Part shown: positions 39,545 through 53,135 of the stretch, piece by piece
Layout of the letters: the number at the start of each line of letters is the position of its first letter
Numbering within the stretch: the stretch's first letter is position 1
Source of the DNA: Vicugna vicugna
Lineage: Eukaryota
Direction of reading: 5' to 3'
Assembly (NCBI GenBank): GCA_013265495.1
Contig: MU058781.1
Span: 10,211,009-10,275,008 of the forward strand
DNA: 64,000 nt
Position numbers and translations under genes: made by a program
The notes under the pieces: model-generated
The model's input: the letters and a program-made list of their open reading frames with translations, nothing else
What the model was told of the DNA's origin: nothing
Databases searched by the model: none

Positions 39545-39715
39545 AAGTAGATAAGCAACAAGGATATATTGTAGAGCAGAGACTTGTAGCCGTTACCTTG
39601 TGATAACTTTCAATGGAGTATAATCTGTAAAAACATTGAATCACTATGCTGTATACCTAAAACTAATATAATACTCTTAAGTCAACTATACATCAATTTT
39701 AAAAATTTCAAAAAC
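39545..39715 (+). mobile_element. Short L1 3' end
   Basis: gataagcaacaaggatatattgtagagcag...aatcactatgctgtatacctaaaactaatataat. Confidence 0.8.
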
Positions 39716-40631
39716 GAAACAATGACCCTCAAAATAATTGGGGATCTGATTCAATTCAGGAGGTAACAAAATTACTTTTGACTCATTTATGCCAAGTGCT
39801 TATGCAAATTCTAAAGCATTCCTTTATGTTAACTTTTATAATTTTTTACAGTATGTAATGGTAATCTCCAACAAGTGGCTGGGGTGATAACAGAACTTTT
39901 AGGACACTGCCTATTGAAATATTGTGAAATAGGCACTGGACGCTAGGAAGAAACATGAAACAAAAACCAAACATAGCCTTCTGGTTTCTGTACTATCACC
40001 AAGTAGAAGAGGGGACACCCTCTATGACTCTTTGCCCACATACACCTTAGCCAAGATTGGAAGTTTAGTTACGGAGTATTCAGCTGTGCTGTCGAGCCCA
40101 GTGCTTTGCTGGACTGAGACTCAAAAATGCCCTGCCACTGCTTTGCTGAAGGAAGGAAAAAAGAATGTTGATGGTATTTTCTTTTTGGAACTTTGTCATG
40201 CACAAACTCATGAAGGCTCTGAGAAATCCTACCTAAAGAAACCTGTTCAATTTTATGTAACCCCAATTTTTCTGAACATGTTTGAAATGGAATCCTAATG
40301 TATCAAATTCCCATGACACTGCTTTTTGACAGTGTCTTTTGTGGGAATGCCTTTGGGGAAATACTGGCTTATACATAGATAATTTATTTTCCTGAGTGTG
40401 ATGATCAGACTATGTGAGAGGAAGCACTCAATTCAGGAAAACAGAGAGGTAAACCTGCAGAGGCCACTCATGAGGGAACCAGTTAACACAAGACCATCAT
40501 TTTCACTGACGAACAAGTCATCTTCCTAATACTTGGAAATTGGCATGTGTGTAAATGTGTATGAAACTTTTAAGAGATTACCAGAAATTAAAGCTTCTAT
40601 AAATAGAGCAGGCTTTTAAAAAATATGAAAT

Positions 40632-41005
40632 GCTGAAGAATGAAATTTTGCCATCTGCAACCATATAGGTCGACTTGGAGGGTATTATGCAAAGTGAATT
40701 AAATCAGACAGGGACAGACAAATACCATATGATGTCACTTACATATAGAGTCTAAGAAATAAAACAAACTGGCAAATATAACAAAAAGGAAACAGACTCA
40801 CAGGTATAGAGAACAAACTAGTGGGGGCAGGGGGAGGGGATTAAGGTATTATGTATAAAATAAATAAGCTACAAGGATATACTGTACAACACAGGGAATA
40901 TAGCCAATGTTTTATAATAACTATAAATGGAGAAAACCTTTAAAAATTGTGAATCATTATGTCATACAACCTGAAATTATCTAATATTGTACATCAACTA
41001 CATCT
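40632..41005 (+). mobile_element. L1 3'UTR (cetartiodactyl-type)
   Basis: ataagctacaaggatatactgtacaacacagggaatatagccaat. Confidence 0.85.
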
Positions 41006-41614
41006 GGGAGAACATAAACTTTGTCTAAGAACATCTTTGGAGAGTTGATCCAGAGAAACGTGCTCCTCTCTATTCCTTAAAACTCTTCAATTTGTGGCAT
41101 GCCTATGTAGTGACAGTTCTATTTTGTGCTCCCCCACAGCCACGCTCTGAGGGTTTCGTATGACCCACTTCTCTTTTCTTGCTAACATCCTCATCGGGCA
41201 CCAGTGGTCCACAGTGATGAGGTGTGGGGCAAGCGTGGTCTGGTCCCAGGAGGAATGCTGGGAGCACCAAGGAGAATGTCAAGCATTTCATTTTACATTC
41301 TCTCTGTAAATCTTGCATATTTATGTAAGCCACTGAATAGAATGCAAACAAAGGGGTAGATGGTTAGCATATTTTTGGAGTAGTTGTTTCTTTCCAAAGT
41401 AAAGATTCAATGTCAAGGCTCTTCTTGGAATTTAGGGGAAAAAAATGAAATGGATGGGAAAAATGTGTCCTGTTGTATAAATGCTATAAATATTTAACAT
41501 TACAAACGTGTATCTATGAATCACCAGACAATAGGCCAAATAACAACTGCTTATTTATTCTCTGGCCAAAGATTTATTTTCCTGAAGTATGAGGGCTGGC
41601 TGGAAGAGTTATGA

Positions 41615-41665
41615 AGGAGAGAGAGGGTAAGAGACAGAGAGAGAGAGAGAGAGAGAAAGACAGAG
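41615..41665. repeat. (GA)n microsatellite
   Basis: Direct reading. Confidence 0.9.
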
Positions 41666-42061
41666 CACTTTCTCAATTTACATTTTCCATGAGAAGGGCA
41701 TTCAAATTCTGACTCAGAGGAAACAACTAAGATTATGCTTCCTGGAAGCAAAGCTCTCATGTGTTTAATAACAAAGGGTCTGTGTATGCCACAGACTGAA
41801 ATGATCTGAATGTCTATTGCATGGAATAACTTCTTCACAAACCTTCTGACACTGGAAGTTCTCTATCCTGAATAAAAAAAAAATATGTATATCTATGTAT
41901 TAAAAATTGTCATATATATGCATAGTACTATATACTTCCACATAATAATAATAATAAAATAATAGCTATAATTCACATTGAATGACTTAGTGTGGGCAAC
42001 ACTGACAAACGGTAAATACACACTAGGTGAAAATTAGGTGATCACATGCAGTCGTACTTAC

Positions 42062-42205
42062 GAATGAATGCACAGACTCTCCCCGAACTCCTGCAGCTCT
42101 GGTAACTTTGGTGTAGCTCTTTCCAAAGCAAGCATTCAGCATATCAAAGCTCAATTCCCCCCTGATTTCAAGGCTTTCACTTGAGTACTTGTTTGAATGT
42201 ATTAT
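42062..42205 (-). pseudogene. Fossil exon (144 nt, open, phase 0-0): IIHSNKYSSESLEIRGELSFDMLNACFGKSYTKVTRAAGVRGESVHSF
   Basis: Donor TTC|gtaagt; acceptor appears mutated (ttttcaa instead of ttttcag) after a pyrimidine tract. Confidence 0.5.
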
Positions 42206-42549
42206 TTGAAAATTATAAAGGAAAACTTTGTTCCTTGAAACAGGTTGATATCATGAGATAGTAAGAATGACTGGGCTAACCTGAATTAGGATTTAAATGG
42301 TCAACTGAGCATGCCCACAAGAGCATCTGCACCATGTTTAGACATACACCAGGATTCAAAGGTGGCAGCAGCAGTATCTGGGGTCTTAAGACTCTGCATG
42401 TTTCTTTAAAAGTGATGATGCTGATAGTAATGTAATTGGAAAGCCGAAAGTTCTGGGTCTTGAAGACTGAGGAAGCAGTCTAGGAGTACATGGTCACAAC
42501 GTGTCGGTTCTGAGAGATCTGGGCCAGCTTAGCTTGAAGCTGAACTCAC

Positions 42550-42704
42550 ACGGAAGTTGTAGATTTTGATCCTTCACACATTCTCCATCCAAACAATATC
42601 TGGGAATGGTCTTCTCAAAATACAGACTGGAAGTGACGAACCTTCCAGCTATGATTCTACTTTCCCTCTGTCACCGTAACAGGAATTTTTTGCTCAAACA
42701 CATT
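42550..42704 (-). pseudogene. Candidate fossil exon (~155 nt), frame ambiguous (...RPFPDIVWMENV*RIKIYNFR or ...RFVTSSLYFEKTIPRYCLDGECVKDQNLQLP)
   Basis: Strong donor gtgagt; weak acceptor. Confidence 0.45.
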
Positions 42705-43692
42705 CTGCTTTTTATTAAGCAGACGTTTATTGCTTAGTGGTTAAGAACTCACCCACAAGAATACTTGAGTTTGAGACATTACTTCTTTACATGATGTATG
42801 TGTGAGCTTTGGAAAGTTATTTTTTTCTCTCTCTACTTATTTCTCCATCTGTAAAATATGGCTAAAAAGCTTATCCATTGTATGGCAATGAATGAAAACA
42901 AAATTCATTCAAATTACTGAGCACATGTTGATACACAAATAATAAAAATATAAGATATAAGCTCTAACTGTGATCTAAACTGGAATTTGAGAAAATGTGC
43001 CAATAATTGTACTGGCAGAAATGGGCTGGTTCTAATGTCTTCCTACTGAGCTGAGTCCAGTTCTATTCCCACTAATAAGGCCATAAGCTTTTAAAAGGAA
43101 GGAGATGAACTAGAAAACTTTCAACTTCTCTCTATCCAAGGATCACAAATACTCTATTATTTATGTACAGTAATAAGAGTGTCATTGATTTACTCAAGAT
43201 TGCTATTAATTTCATGTATAATTAGACATAATGTAATATTCACATTATTGAACTAAAAAGTCATAGAAATGCTGTTCTTATTCCTAATTTTTTTCATTGC
43301 TCCTGACATAAATGAAAGATAGAAACTTTAAAGGTTAGGATTTGTATTTTATCAAATTGCAATGCAAAGCCATTTGCATTAGTCTGAGAGTAAAGCCATT
43401 CCTTTCATAGTACTTTGCTGACACGTGGACCATGGACACACACAAAGACCATCATGGCACATGCATTCTATATAGTATTTTCACTTATAATTTGGCCCAT
43501 CAAAGGTTTCTGTAATATGCTCTGTAATGGTTAATGGGGTATTTAAAAGAAATAGATTATTTCATATTTACTTCATTTTAGCCCTTGTTGTCATATATTG
43601 GTCAACTTATAGCTCGAAAGGAACAACTAGTTTTATGACAAGACAAGCAAGCAAACAAAAGAAGGATGAAAACCACCATGAAAGCACAATAC

Positions 43693-43807
43693 TTTCCTCC
43701 TAATTCTTTAAATATATCAACCATGAACACCTTGGTGTCCTTTTGATGGCTCAGTAACTGAGTTATGTGGCTACAGTAGAGGCCCATCTCCGTGTAAATC
43801 TGACCGG
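43693..43807 (-). pseudogene. Candidate fossil exon (115 nt, open): GQIYTEMGLYCSHITQLLSHQKDTKVFMVDIFKELGGK
   Basis: tcttttgttcacag acceptor, gtattg donor; lies within ORF 43602..43817. Confidence 0.5.
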
Positions 43808-44774
43808 CTGTGAACAAAAGATTGAGAACTCTGCTCTCAGAAAACCAACATACTGTTTTATGGAGTCTAATCTAGTTCTAGAAATCAAATCCCACACACG
43901 AATTTTGACGACCATGGAATCCATGACTTCTTAACTGTGCTCTTCTCTTCTTTTGGAAAGCCTGAAGAATTATTTTACAGTTAAAGGAAAGGGCTACCTG
44001 AAAAGGCCTTTCTTTCAGCTTGATCTTCTGTCCTGCCCAGTATGTGTGTAATCTCTGCCCCTGACTCACCACCTACTTTCTGGGATGCTGGGCAGAGAAA
44101 ATGCCCTGACTATAGGGATTGTACAAAAGCCACTGAGGTCACTTTATAAACAGACTATGTTTAAAGGAGTTTTTAAGAGACCCTAGGAAATGTGAAACCC
44201 TCAGAGGTTCTGCCCAGGGAAAAGGCATCCCCACTCCCTAATTCTCTCTTGCTCAATCCGTGGAAAAAGATTCAATCAGACAAGTTGCTGAGTTTAAGGT
44301 CAAATTGAAATTCTTTTCCCACCTCTTTTCATTTTTTCCAAGCCAAACACTTCACTGGCTCTAATGCAGAAAGCATAGAAGTTTATCCTTACTTGCCCCA
44401 GAAACCCTGTTATTTTCATCTTAAATAACCACTCTCTGGCCTGGAACTTTCAACCCGCTACCGAGTGAGGTTTTATTGGATTTTCTGTCCTCTGATTTGT
44501 CTCAATTTGTACCATTTTAATTTACAGATATACATGCCAATGCATTGAGTTTTGCTTACCTACACATAACCAGCCACCATACTCCACCTATAAGATTTCT
44601 CTCCAGCTAAAACCTCAATTTCCACCTACCGTTTGCAGCAGAAGTCCTCTGAAGACAGTCTCAATTCTGTTCTTTCATTTTCTTTAAGCTATTCCACCTA
44701 GGTCTTTGCTCAAATTAATTAACACTCATGTAAAAGTCACTGATGACTTCCGTCTTCCAAAATCTAATAGTCAT

Positions 44775-45860
44775 ACATGTAAAATCTGCACCTATGAAAC
44801 TTCTAGAAGAAGTAGGAGAAAACTTTTGTGAACGTGGGTTAGGCAGAGTTTTCTTTAAAATGACAGGAAAAGCTTAATTCATGGGGGAAAAAAAAGATCT
44901 ATTGGACTTTATCAAACTTAGAAACTCCTGCTCTTTGGAAAACACTGTTGAGGGAATGAAAAGACAAGCCACAGACGGGGAGAAAATATTTGCAAAGCAC
45001 ATATCTGATAAAAGTCTGGTATGCAGAATACATAAAGAACATTCATAAGTCAATAATAAGGAAACCAACAACCTGATTAAAAGATGGGCAAACAATTTGA
45101 ACAGATAGTTCACCGAAGAGGATAACAGGAAGGGCAGATAGGTACCTGGAAAAGTGCTCTGTATCATTAGTCATTAGAGAAATGAAAGCAAACACTACAG
45201 TGATAGATTGCCTTGTAGAATGGTCAAAGTTAAAAGAAAGGAAAAAACTATGGAGCAAATAGAACTCTCATAGATTGCTGGTAGGGATGAAAAGTGGTTC
45301 AATCATTTTGCAAAACAGTTTAGGTTCTTTTTTTAAAGAATTAAACTTGCAATTACCATATGGCCCCAGCATTCCACTTCCGAATTACTTACCCAAATGA
45401 AATGAAAATCTACATGAGTATTTACAGTGGATTTATCTGTAATCTTCAAAAACTGAAAGCAACACTCAAGAAGGGGATGGATAAACAAACTGTGATTTAT
45501 GCAAACAATGGAATACTACTCAGCAGTAAATGGGATGGAGCTACTGATACTTGTAAATTCCTGATGAATCTCAAATGCTTTATGCTCAAGGAAAGCACTG
45601 AGATTTAAAAAGCGACATCCTGTGCAATTCCATATACAGGTCACATCTGCAAGAGCAGAGGGGCAGAAAACAGATGCGTGGCTGGGGATGGGGGAGGCAT
45701 TTACTACAAAGAGGCACTGGGATCTTTGGGTTCTGATGAAAAGTTCTAAGTCATGATTATGGTAGCAATAACACAACTGTATTTGTTTCTCAAGACTTAC
45801 AGAAATGTACACTATAAAGGATGAATTTTACTCTACTTATACCTTGTTTTAGAAATAAGG
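44775..45860 (+). mobile_element. L1MB/MC-type ORF2 3' end and 3'UTR
   Basis: gaatgaaaagacaagccacagacggggagaaaatatttgcaaagcacatatctgataaa; explains minus ORFs 44874..45258. Confidence 0.85.
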
Positions 45861-45939
45861 AAAAAAAGTCCATGGACAGTTACTTCATAAACTTCTATAA
45901 TATGTGATTACCATTCAAAAACTAATACAGTGGTCAATT

Positions 45940-46515
45940 CTAAGTTCACCTGTTATCTGACCTCTAAAAGCATTTGACAAAGGTGATCACTTCCTCCTTT
46001 CATGAATTACTGACAAAATTTTTTTTAGCCAAGCAGATAACCCACTTTTCTTGTGTTCCTCTCTCTTTCACATTCCTGCACAATCTCTCTTTTGACCTGT
46101 AATTTTCTCACCTCATCTGTTACCACTGTCCTGTTCACCTACTCTGCCCCAGGCACACTGGCTTCCTTGTTCGTCTCCCAAACCAAACACCTCCCGCCTC
46201 AGGGCCTTTGCACTAGCTGATCCATTAACAGAGAACAGGGTTCTTTGCAAAATTTATTGTCTACTTTTAGGCTTCTGTTCAACTAACATATGTAAGGAGA
46301 CCTTCCTTATCTAAAATAGCTGCCCTTCTCACACCCGTCTTCCTATAATCCCTTTTACTTAATAAACTGTTTTATTCCATTTATCTGGAATTATCTTTGT
46401 TTACTCTGTCTTCCATAGGGACACATACATTTCATGAGATCAGTGGCTTTCTCTGGCTCTTTGCTGTATATCTGATTCATAGGACAAGGCCCAGCACATA
46501 GCAGCCACCTGGTAA
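45940..46515 (+). mobile_element. L2 fragments
   Basis: cccgcctcagggcctttgcactagctg; ggcccagcacatagcagccacctggtaaac. Confidence 0.6.
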
Positions 46516-46611
46516 ACACACACACGCACACTCACACACATCTTCTTTCCTTTACTACTTGCCATAAAACTCTCCCAGGACCCTTCGCTCACCCTAGGAG
46601 TAAATTAATAA

Positions 46612-46696
46612 CAGATTGAACCATATAAAATTGTGAAATTGTCAATATTTGATCATTTTGGAACTACAAAATGGTAACTTTATATGGTTCAAATTA
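46612..46696. mobile_element. MADE2 mariner-derived MITE
   Basis: ~80-bp element with inverted ends ttgaaccatataaa ... tttatatggttcaa, resembling the MADE2 consensus. Confidence 0.8.
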
Positions 46697-46954
46697 GCAC
46701 TGTTGTATTGAAAAATAAAATTAAAACACATGAATATGCCTATGACACAGTAAGGTAATATAAGTGTTGGATAGAAGAGGTCAAATATCATGAACAGAAT
46801 ATTATTACACAGAAATAAAACTTGGCGCTGCCACTGCGATGCCTCTAGCTTTCTGTGAAAGTTAGTAAGCCAGCAGAGAGTGACAGAACACCTGCTTCCT
46901 GAGTGATAAGTACAACTGAATGAATTTCACACTGACAGCTTGTTAATCCATTAC

Positions 46955-47092
46955 CTGGCAACCACAATATTGGAGACCAGTCCCCAGTTTCAAAACTCCA
47001 TGTTCTCTCTTGAAGTCTTATTTAAGTAGTATCTGTGCAATCTGTGAATGAAGCCAAACCAGAGACATGTATAAAAATCATAATGGCATTCC
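46955..47092 (-). pseudogene. Fossil exon (138 nt): ECHYDFYTCLWFGFIH / SQIAQILLK*DFKREHGVLKLGTGLQYCGCQ
   Basis: tatctttcag acceptor, CAG|gtaatg donor; probable frameshift. Confidence 0.55.
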
Positions 47093-48707
47093 CTGAAAGA
47101 TACTCACTCCTTCTCTGCTAAACCAGAGAAAGGATTTTTTTTCATTTTTCTACCCAGCAAACCAGTTATTATTAAATTTAAGAAATGCCAAAACCTAATG
47201 CTTTTTTTTTTCTTTCTAACAACTGAGACATATAATCCCATGGTATTTCTACATTACACTTAACCAATTGCAATTATCTTACGTTAGTATGCTAGCTTCA
47301 ACGGAATCTGTTTGTACTTCTAACCTTTAATACTGCAGATGGTTTAATACTGAATAATCTTTATTTTTCAATATTTTCAGTTACTTTTACCTTTATATGT
47401 TTTCTTACCCCAAATTTTTCCAGTAGTTTTGTAAGTATAATAGGTCTATGGATGCCAAAAGCCCGTCAGCTGAAGGCGTTATGTAATCAATATTCATACT
47501 GTAGGTTTGTTAATTGAGCATAAGACTAGAAATTTCTTCCTTATTCCTCATTTTCTCCCATTAGCTAATATAATTTATAAGCATATGCATCTTTTGAGGA
47601 TACCCAAAACCTGTTGTTTATGCTTTTGAAAAATATGTCAATCATCAAGTTTACTCTTCTGATAACTCAGTTTATGTGCATAATCATTAAACCATGCTGG
47701 CTCAGTCAGTGATACAAATGGCCCTCCTATTACAAAGATGTGTAAATCCTCTTGGTTATTAATTAGTTGGACTGGGATGAACAAAGGATTATTTCCAGCA
47801 AGAAAATCAATTCAGTTAAAAGAAGAGTGACATTTTTGCCTATGAAAGCAAGTCAGAGTTCTTTAAATATACACAATAAATACTTAAAATTTCATTTCAT
47901 AAGACTGTTAACTAGACAGTTTTGAAAAGTCCCAACAAAATGAGTGGTAGCTTAAAAATTTCACCATAAAAGCATTGATAAAAACTCACAAAGGAATTAA
48001 TACATATACCTGTAAGTATATATATAAAAGTATAGCATGTATATATATTATAAGTATATAATATATAGCTTGTGAATATGTATATACACAGTGAATCTTT
48101 TTGTATTTATATACAAAGTTTTTCTATGCTAGTACATATAGGATATATATGTACGTGTGTGCGTGCAAGTGCGCTGTAAGGGGGGAGAAGCAAATGGTAC
48201 TAGCATGGTCTAAAAGATCAATGTCCAATAATAAGAGACAAAAAAGATGATTATGTCTGGTGGGAGGAGAAGAAAACAATGCAAGCATAGTCACTTGATT
48301 TGTCCCTTATTAACTGGACATTGAGGGATATTTGACTAATTTGCATATGTGGGCACTTGGGAGGAGTACACATTTTAACTCACTTTTCAAACTACATAGG
48401 TTTTTTGAACAAAGATGTTCCAAACAAAAGCAGGATGGTTTAGCAAAACAGATGTTAATAGAAATGTTCTTAAAAGAAGGAAAGATAAAGAATTTGAAGT
48501 GCTTTTTGAGGCAACTAATAGATCTTTATTAGCACAGTGCAGTTCCCATTTGGGGGGAATCCCTACATAAGATAAAGACACTTGTTTCATATACTCATAT
48601 CTAATTATTGTGCTCTCTGACTTCTGAATCTGGCAAGTATTGCCTCTTTTGCTGTAAAACATGTCTTCCTTGATTCTTAAATCTGTTAAGGTTTGGTTCT
48701 ACTCTAA

Positions 48708-49072
48708 CAAAGTTCTCAATGCTGGTTGCATATGTATCTATCCTGAGAAGCTTTTAAATAAAACTGATGTTTACACTCCTCTACTGAGATATTAAATCAG
48801 AATTTCTGAGGGGTGAGATGTGCAAAATAGTATTTTTAAGTATCCATTTTAATTGAAGTAAAATACACATACATAAGGATGCAGCTACTATAAGTGTACA
48901 GAATAAGGAATTATTATAAAATGAACACACCTCTGTAACCACCATTCTGGTAAATAGACCATCACCCGTGTCCTAGAACCCCCACTCTTACGTCTCTCTC
49001 GGTAGGCACTAGTACTGTTTAAAAATCCTTCAGCACATTCTAATGTACGGCCAAGGATGAGAACCACTCTAT
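48708..49072. mobile_element. MER5-type DNA transposon split by an antisense L1 3' fragment (~48845-49000)
   Basis: gttctcaatgctggttgcat...aatcagaatttctgaggg | ...ttctaatgtacggccaaggatgagaaccact. Confidence 0.65.
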
Positions 49073-49119
49073 TAACTGCTAATTGTTTTCTATACCAATT
49101 TCTTATTTTGATTGAGCTG

Positions 49120-49520
49120 TAAGCAATGGGAAATGAATACTTATTAAACACATGCCCTATGCTGGTGATTGCACAACATGATCTTACTTTATCATTAAAA
49201 TAACCATGTAAGATAGTTACTATTACATCCTTTCTTACCAATGAGGAAGGAAAGGCTGAAAGAGATGGTATAATTTGTGAAAGCGGTACCATTAAAGTGG
49301 CAACACTGAAGCATAAACCCAGGTCAGCTTAGTGGTTCCAAGTTCAAACTGGAATCACACAGACTTAGGTTGGAATACCAACTCTACCCCTTCCTACATG
49401 CGTAACCTTGAGTCAACAGGTTCAGTTTTCTTGTCAATAAAATGGAGATGGCAATGTTATCTAACTCATCTAACTGCTATAAGTATTACATGTAAATAAT
49501 GTGTCACAATGCCTTGTAAT
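49120..49520. mobile_element. Two adjacent MIRs in opposite orientations
   Basis: MIR core motifs on both strands. Confidence 0.55.
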
Positions 49521-49742
49521 GATTATCTTGACCTGTATTGTATGAGTCCAGTCCCAACTTTTCCCATTATCCCAAACTGCTTCTTCAAAAAAGTCAAACA
49601 TGAAGAAGTCCAATTCATGACTTCTTGCCAGATCCTTAATATGATGAATACTCAACTAAATTTCTATGAGAAGGTGGTCATAATATAAACACTAGAGAGC
49701 TTCCCCAAATTCTGAAAGCAGGGGAAAAAACAGCATACTTAC

Positions 49743-49833
49743 CATGACTTTTTCAGATTACCAGTTAGGTCAATTGATTTAAATTTAGAAGAAATTCATC
49801 TCAAAAGATGTCCAGATATTAGAGAAAAACATA
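49743..49833 (-). pseudogene. Candidate fossil exon (91 nt), frame ambiguous (...ISSKFKSIDLTGNLKKSW)
   Basis: atatttcag acceptor, ATG|gtaagt donor. Confidence 0.45.
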
Positions 49834-50015
49834 CTGAAATATCAATTAAAATGAAACTGACATGCTGTTTTATAATAAATTTATCCTACATTTCTTCCCT
49901 TTTTTGGACTGAAGATGATGGATGGCTAGACAGATATAAAGATATATAGAGAGCTCTCTCTCTCTGTCTATATATAATCTTTATAAGTAAGTTAAGGAAC
50001 CAGCTGAATTCATAC

Positions 50016-50308
50016 AAATGACGGGGCTTTCCTCTCCTGGTCCTGAGACTGAGCTCACCAACCCACAGACACTTTAGAAAGTCAAGTGAGACTCTCGATG
50101 AGGAAAATAACATTACATCACTGTTGTCCTTTCAGGTTTGCAAACAAAAGCTGGATACAGCAAATTACATAAGTCTGAGCCAGATACCTTTGCCTTACCA
50201 GATTACAATGTTGGGGAATTTCCACTACAGTCCTGGGATGTGCCCTGTAAATAAACTACTTCCTAATACCTCACTTGACCTACTCTCACTGATAAACATG
50301 TCATTCTC
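50016..50308 (-). pseudogene. Fossil exon: ENDMFISESRSSEVLGSSLFTGHIPGL*WKFPNIVIW*GKGIWLRLM*FAVSSFCLQT*KDNSDVMLFSSSRVSLDFLKCLWVGELSLRTRRGKPRH
   Basis: Very strong polypyrimidine tract plus cctag acceptor (50309-50340). Donor is either gtatga (50010-50015) or an internal gtaagg (50193-50198). Confidence 0.6.
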
Positions 50309-51562
50309 CTAGGAAAAAAAGAAGAGAGAGGGAAAAAAAGGAATGGGAGCAGTTAATGATCTTATCTGACATATAATTTACCCTTCTACTTTGTAATGCG
50401 AGGCAGTAAAGATGAACAGCTTACTTAAAAATTTCACCAGTTAGATCAGGCTTGTGCTCAAGGAACTCCATAATTAAGACAATATATTTATGGAAAGAGC
50501 TGTAGCTAATTATCAGCAGAGCTGTTTTCGACCTGACTCTGACATTTAAAAGTCAGTCAAGTCCTTTAGGCTTCATGTGCCTCTTGGGTAAAAGTTTTCC
50601 GTTCCCTCAGTTTCCCCATGTGATTTGACTTTGGGAGGATGAAGACAAAAGCTGATATGTCATAGGACTTCACTGCTGTTGTTTTGGTACTGTGGTTTAT
50701 TTGTTTGTCTTCAAAGCTTTGGGTTTATATCTGTGTTGAAGCAGAAATTTCCTGGACAAGTTAGTCAGACTGGCCGAGTAACCACAAGTTCACTGTAATA
50801 TTACAGTGTCAGTACATCTTAAGAGCAGTGATATCCACTCACACAGAGTTTTCTACAAGTCTCAATTCTGACTCATTTCCCCTGAACTTAAGCAACTTTT
50901 CTGGTTCTTACATTTTTATTATTTTAATCTAATAGATTAAATCCTAGAAAACTTTGTTTTAACATCACGTATTTACTCTTAATATTATATAGCACTAAGT
51001 AATATTTGTTTAACTACAGACGAAAGTCTGAAACAAGAGCAACTGACAGAACTTCATCAGATAGGAGTTTATGAGACTAACGAGAACTTTCTATATGAAC
51101 CATTCTACCATGTTTTCACACTGTATGAATTTATGTCAAGGATAATGCTGAAAAGAATAAGAACACAGATCTAAAAGTTACTTGGAAAAGACTGAGCGGT
51201 TTTCAATTATAAGCTGTTAGTACACAGTTGCTGCTATTTGAGAAGTATAATTTGACTAATTCCAAATAAAAAGGTATAATAATAGGTAAAGGTTTTTCCA
51301 TAGTAACAAAGTTCTTAGTTACTTTAATAAATATACTTTATTATAGTAACTCTGTTAGGCATATTTTGGATATAAGACTTAGCCTTGTTCTGTTTTGGTA
51401 GACAGATGTTACTAGGGTATATATCCTCATATTGAATAAAGATCAAGTTGATGGTGAGCCATTTGAAAATTATATGATTACACCATTCTTTGGAATTAGA
51501 AAATCCATCCTCATCCTTACAAATCAGTGTTTACCAAAGTTAATTTCACAAATTTAGTCTAA

Positions 51563-51772
51563 GGAAGGCTTTCTCAATTGTGGCACTCCTGACATTTTGG
51601 ACTGGATAATTATTTGTTGTAGAGGGCTGTCCTCTGCATTGTATAGAGTTTAGTAGCATCCCAAAGCTCTACCCACTGGATAACAACAGCACACACCCAT
51701 TTGTGGCAATTACAAGTCTCCAAACATTGCCAAATGTCCCCTTGGGGGTAAAATGACCTCAATAGAAAAGTG
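51563..51772 (-). mobile_element. MER20 hAT-Charlie DNA transposon
   Basis: ggctgtcctctgcattgta...ctctacccactggat...ctccaaacattgccaaatgtccccttggggg. Confidence 0.85.
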
Positions 51773-52229
51773 TTTTTCAGATGTTCCATCCCTCTTCAAT
51801 GATCTTATCAGGGGAATTATATGGCAAATTCTGCAGCAATATAACTCCCTCCTAAAGATTCACATTTAGTCTTATGTATTAAAGACTTGAAAAAGTCTTA
51901 CTGCAATGAAGCCAATTTAATTTTAATTTAACATTTCCCAAATATTTTGACTACAGAATCGTCTGTATCTCTGTAATTGCTATTATAAGTTTCTGCACTT
52001 TGTTACAAAACACACTGGAAAGTCCTGGTGAAACTGAATGTTTACACAAGAATGTGATTCACTTAGAAGAAATTCTTAAAGCTTCAGTGTTCTTATTAAA
52101 TGTGTGTATTTATATCCCTTTAAATTAAAAAAAAACTTCATTTAAGTAATAATAATAGCCACAACATCAGCCATAGTAAACTAGCCAAGTTTTTATAGCA
52201 CATAATAGTTTACAAAATGACTTGGCAGG

Positions 52230-53135
52230 TGTGAAATAATAGAAAATGCACAAAGTGGTCTCTGACCCTAGTTCCTAGCACAGATCTCCTAAAACCCTTG
52301 TAATTTCCTAAGTGACAGGAACACCAGGAATATCTTTTGTTCTGGCATTTGTTCTTTGAGCCAGGTTCCTGTCCCAGAGCCCCTAAATCCTTGGGATTTC
52401 CTGGGTGAGAAGAGTGTCTTTTATTCTAATGAGGCAACCCTTGATGGGCTCTTCAATGGCTTCAGAATAGGGGCTGGTCACCAGAAAGACCAAGCCATGA
52501 TTAGAAGCTTGAAACTTTCAGCCCCAACCTCCATCCTCAGGGAAGGGCAGAGGGGCTGGAGATTGAGAGAGTAATCTACCATGGCTAAGTGATGGGGGCT
52601 CCTAGAAATCTCAATAGTATAGAGTTCACAGAGCTTCGGGTTAGTGAACATGTGGAGGTGCGGGGGCAGTGGTGTGCCCAGAGAGAGCCTGGAAGCTCCC
52701 CTTCCCTTCCCACATATCATGCTCTACGTATCTCTTCATATAGGTGTTCATCTGTATCCTTTGTTATATCCTTTATTATCAACCAGTAAATATAAGTGTT
52801 TCCCTGAGTTCTTTGAGCTATTCTGGCAAGTTACTGATTCCAAGGAAGGAGTCATGGACACTCTGCTTTATAGCTGATCATAACCTGGGACTTGCAGCTG
52901 GTATCTGCAGTGGGAGCAGTCGTAGGGGACTGACTGCAAATGTAGCTTGTGGGATCTGGTGGTAACTCCAGGAAGTAGTGTCAGAATTGAACTGAATTAT
53001 GGGACAACCAGCTGGTGTTACAGAGAATGGCTTGATGTGTGGAAAACCTACATACCCAGTGTCAGAAGTGAAGTCAAGTGGGTAACAGTGTGAGGGTAGA
53101 GGAGAATCGCACAGGGAATGTTATTCCCTCTTAGA
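52230..53135. mobile_element. MER21-family LTR with 5-bp TSD (GCAGG), inserted in a MIR
   Basis: ggggctggtcaccagaaagaccaagccatgattag motif; GCAGG at 52225-52229 and 53136-53140. Confidence 0.8.

Noticed and set aside
41103..41351. Minus ORF as an additional fossil exon
   Set aside because: No clear acceptor/donor pair, and the flanking exons (42062 and 39521) already join in phase 0.
48888..49292. 134-aa minus-strand ORF
   Set aside because: Spans MIR, MER5 and L1 fragments; spurious.
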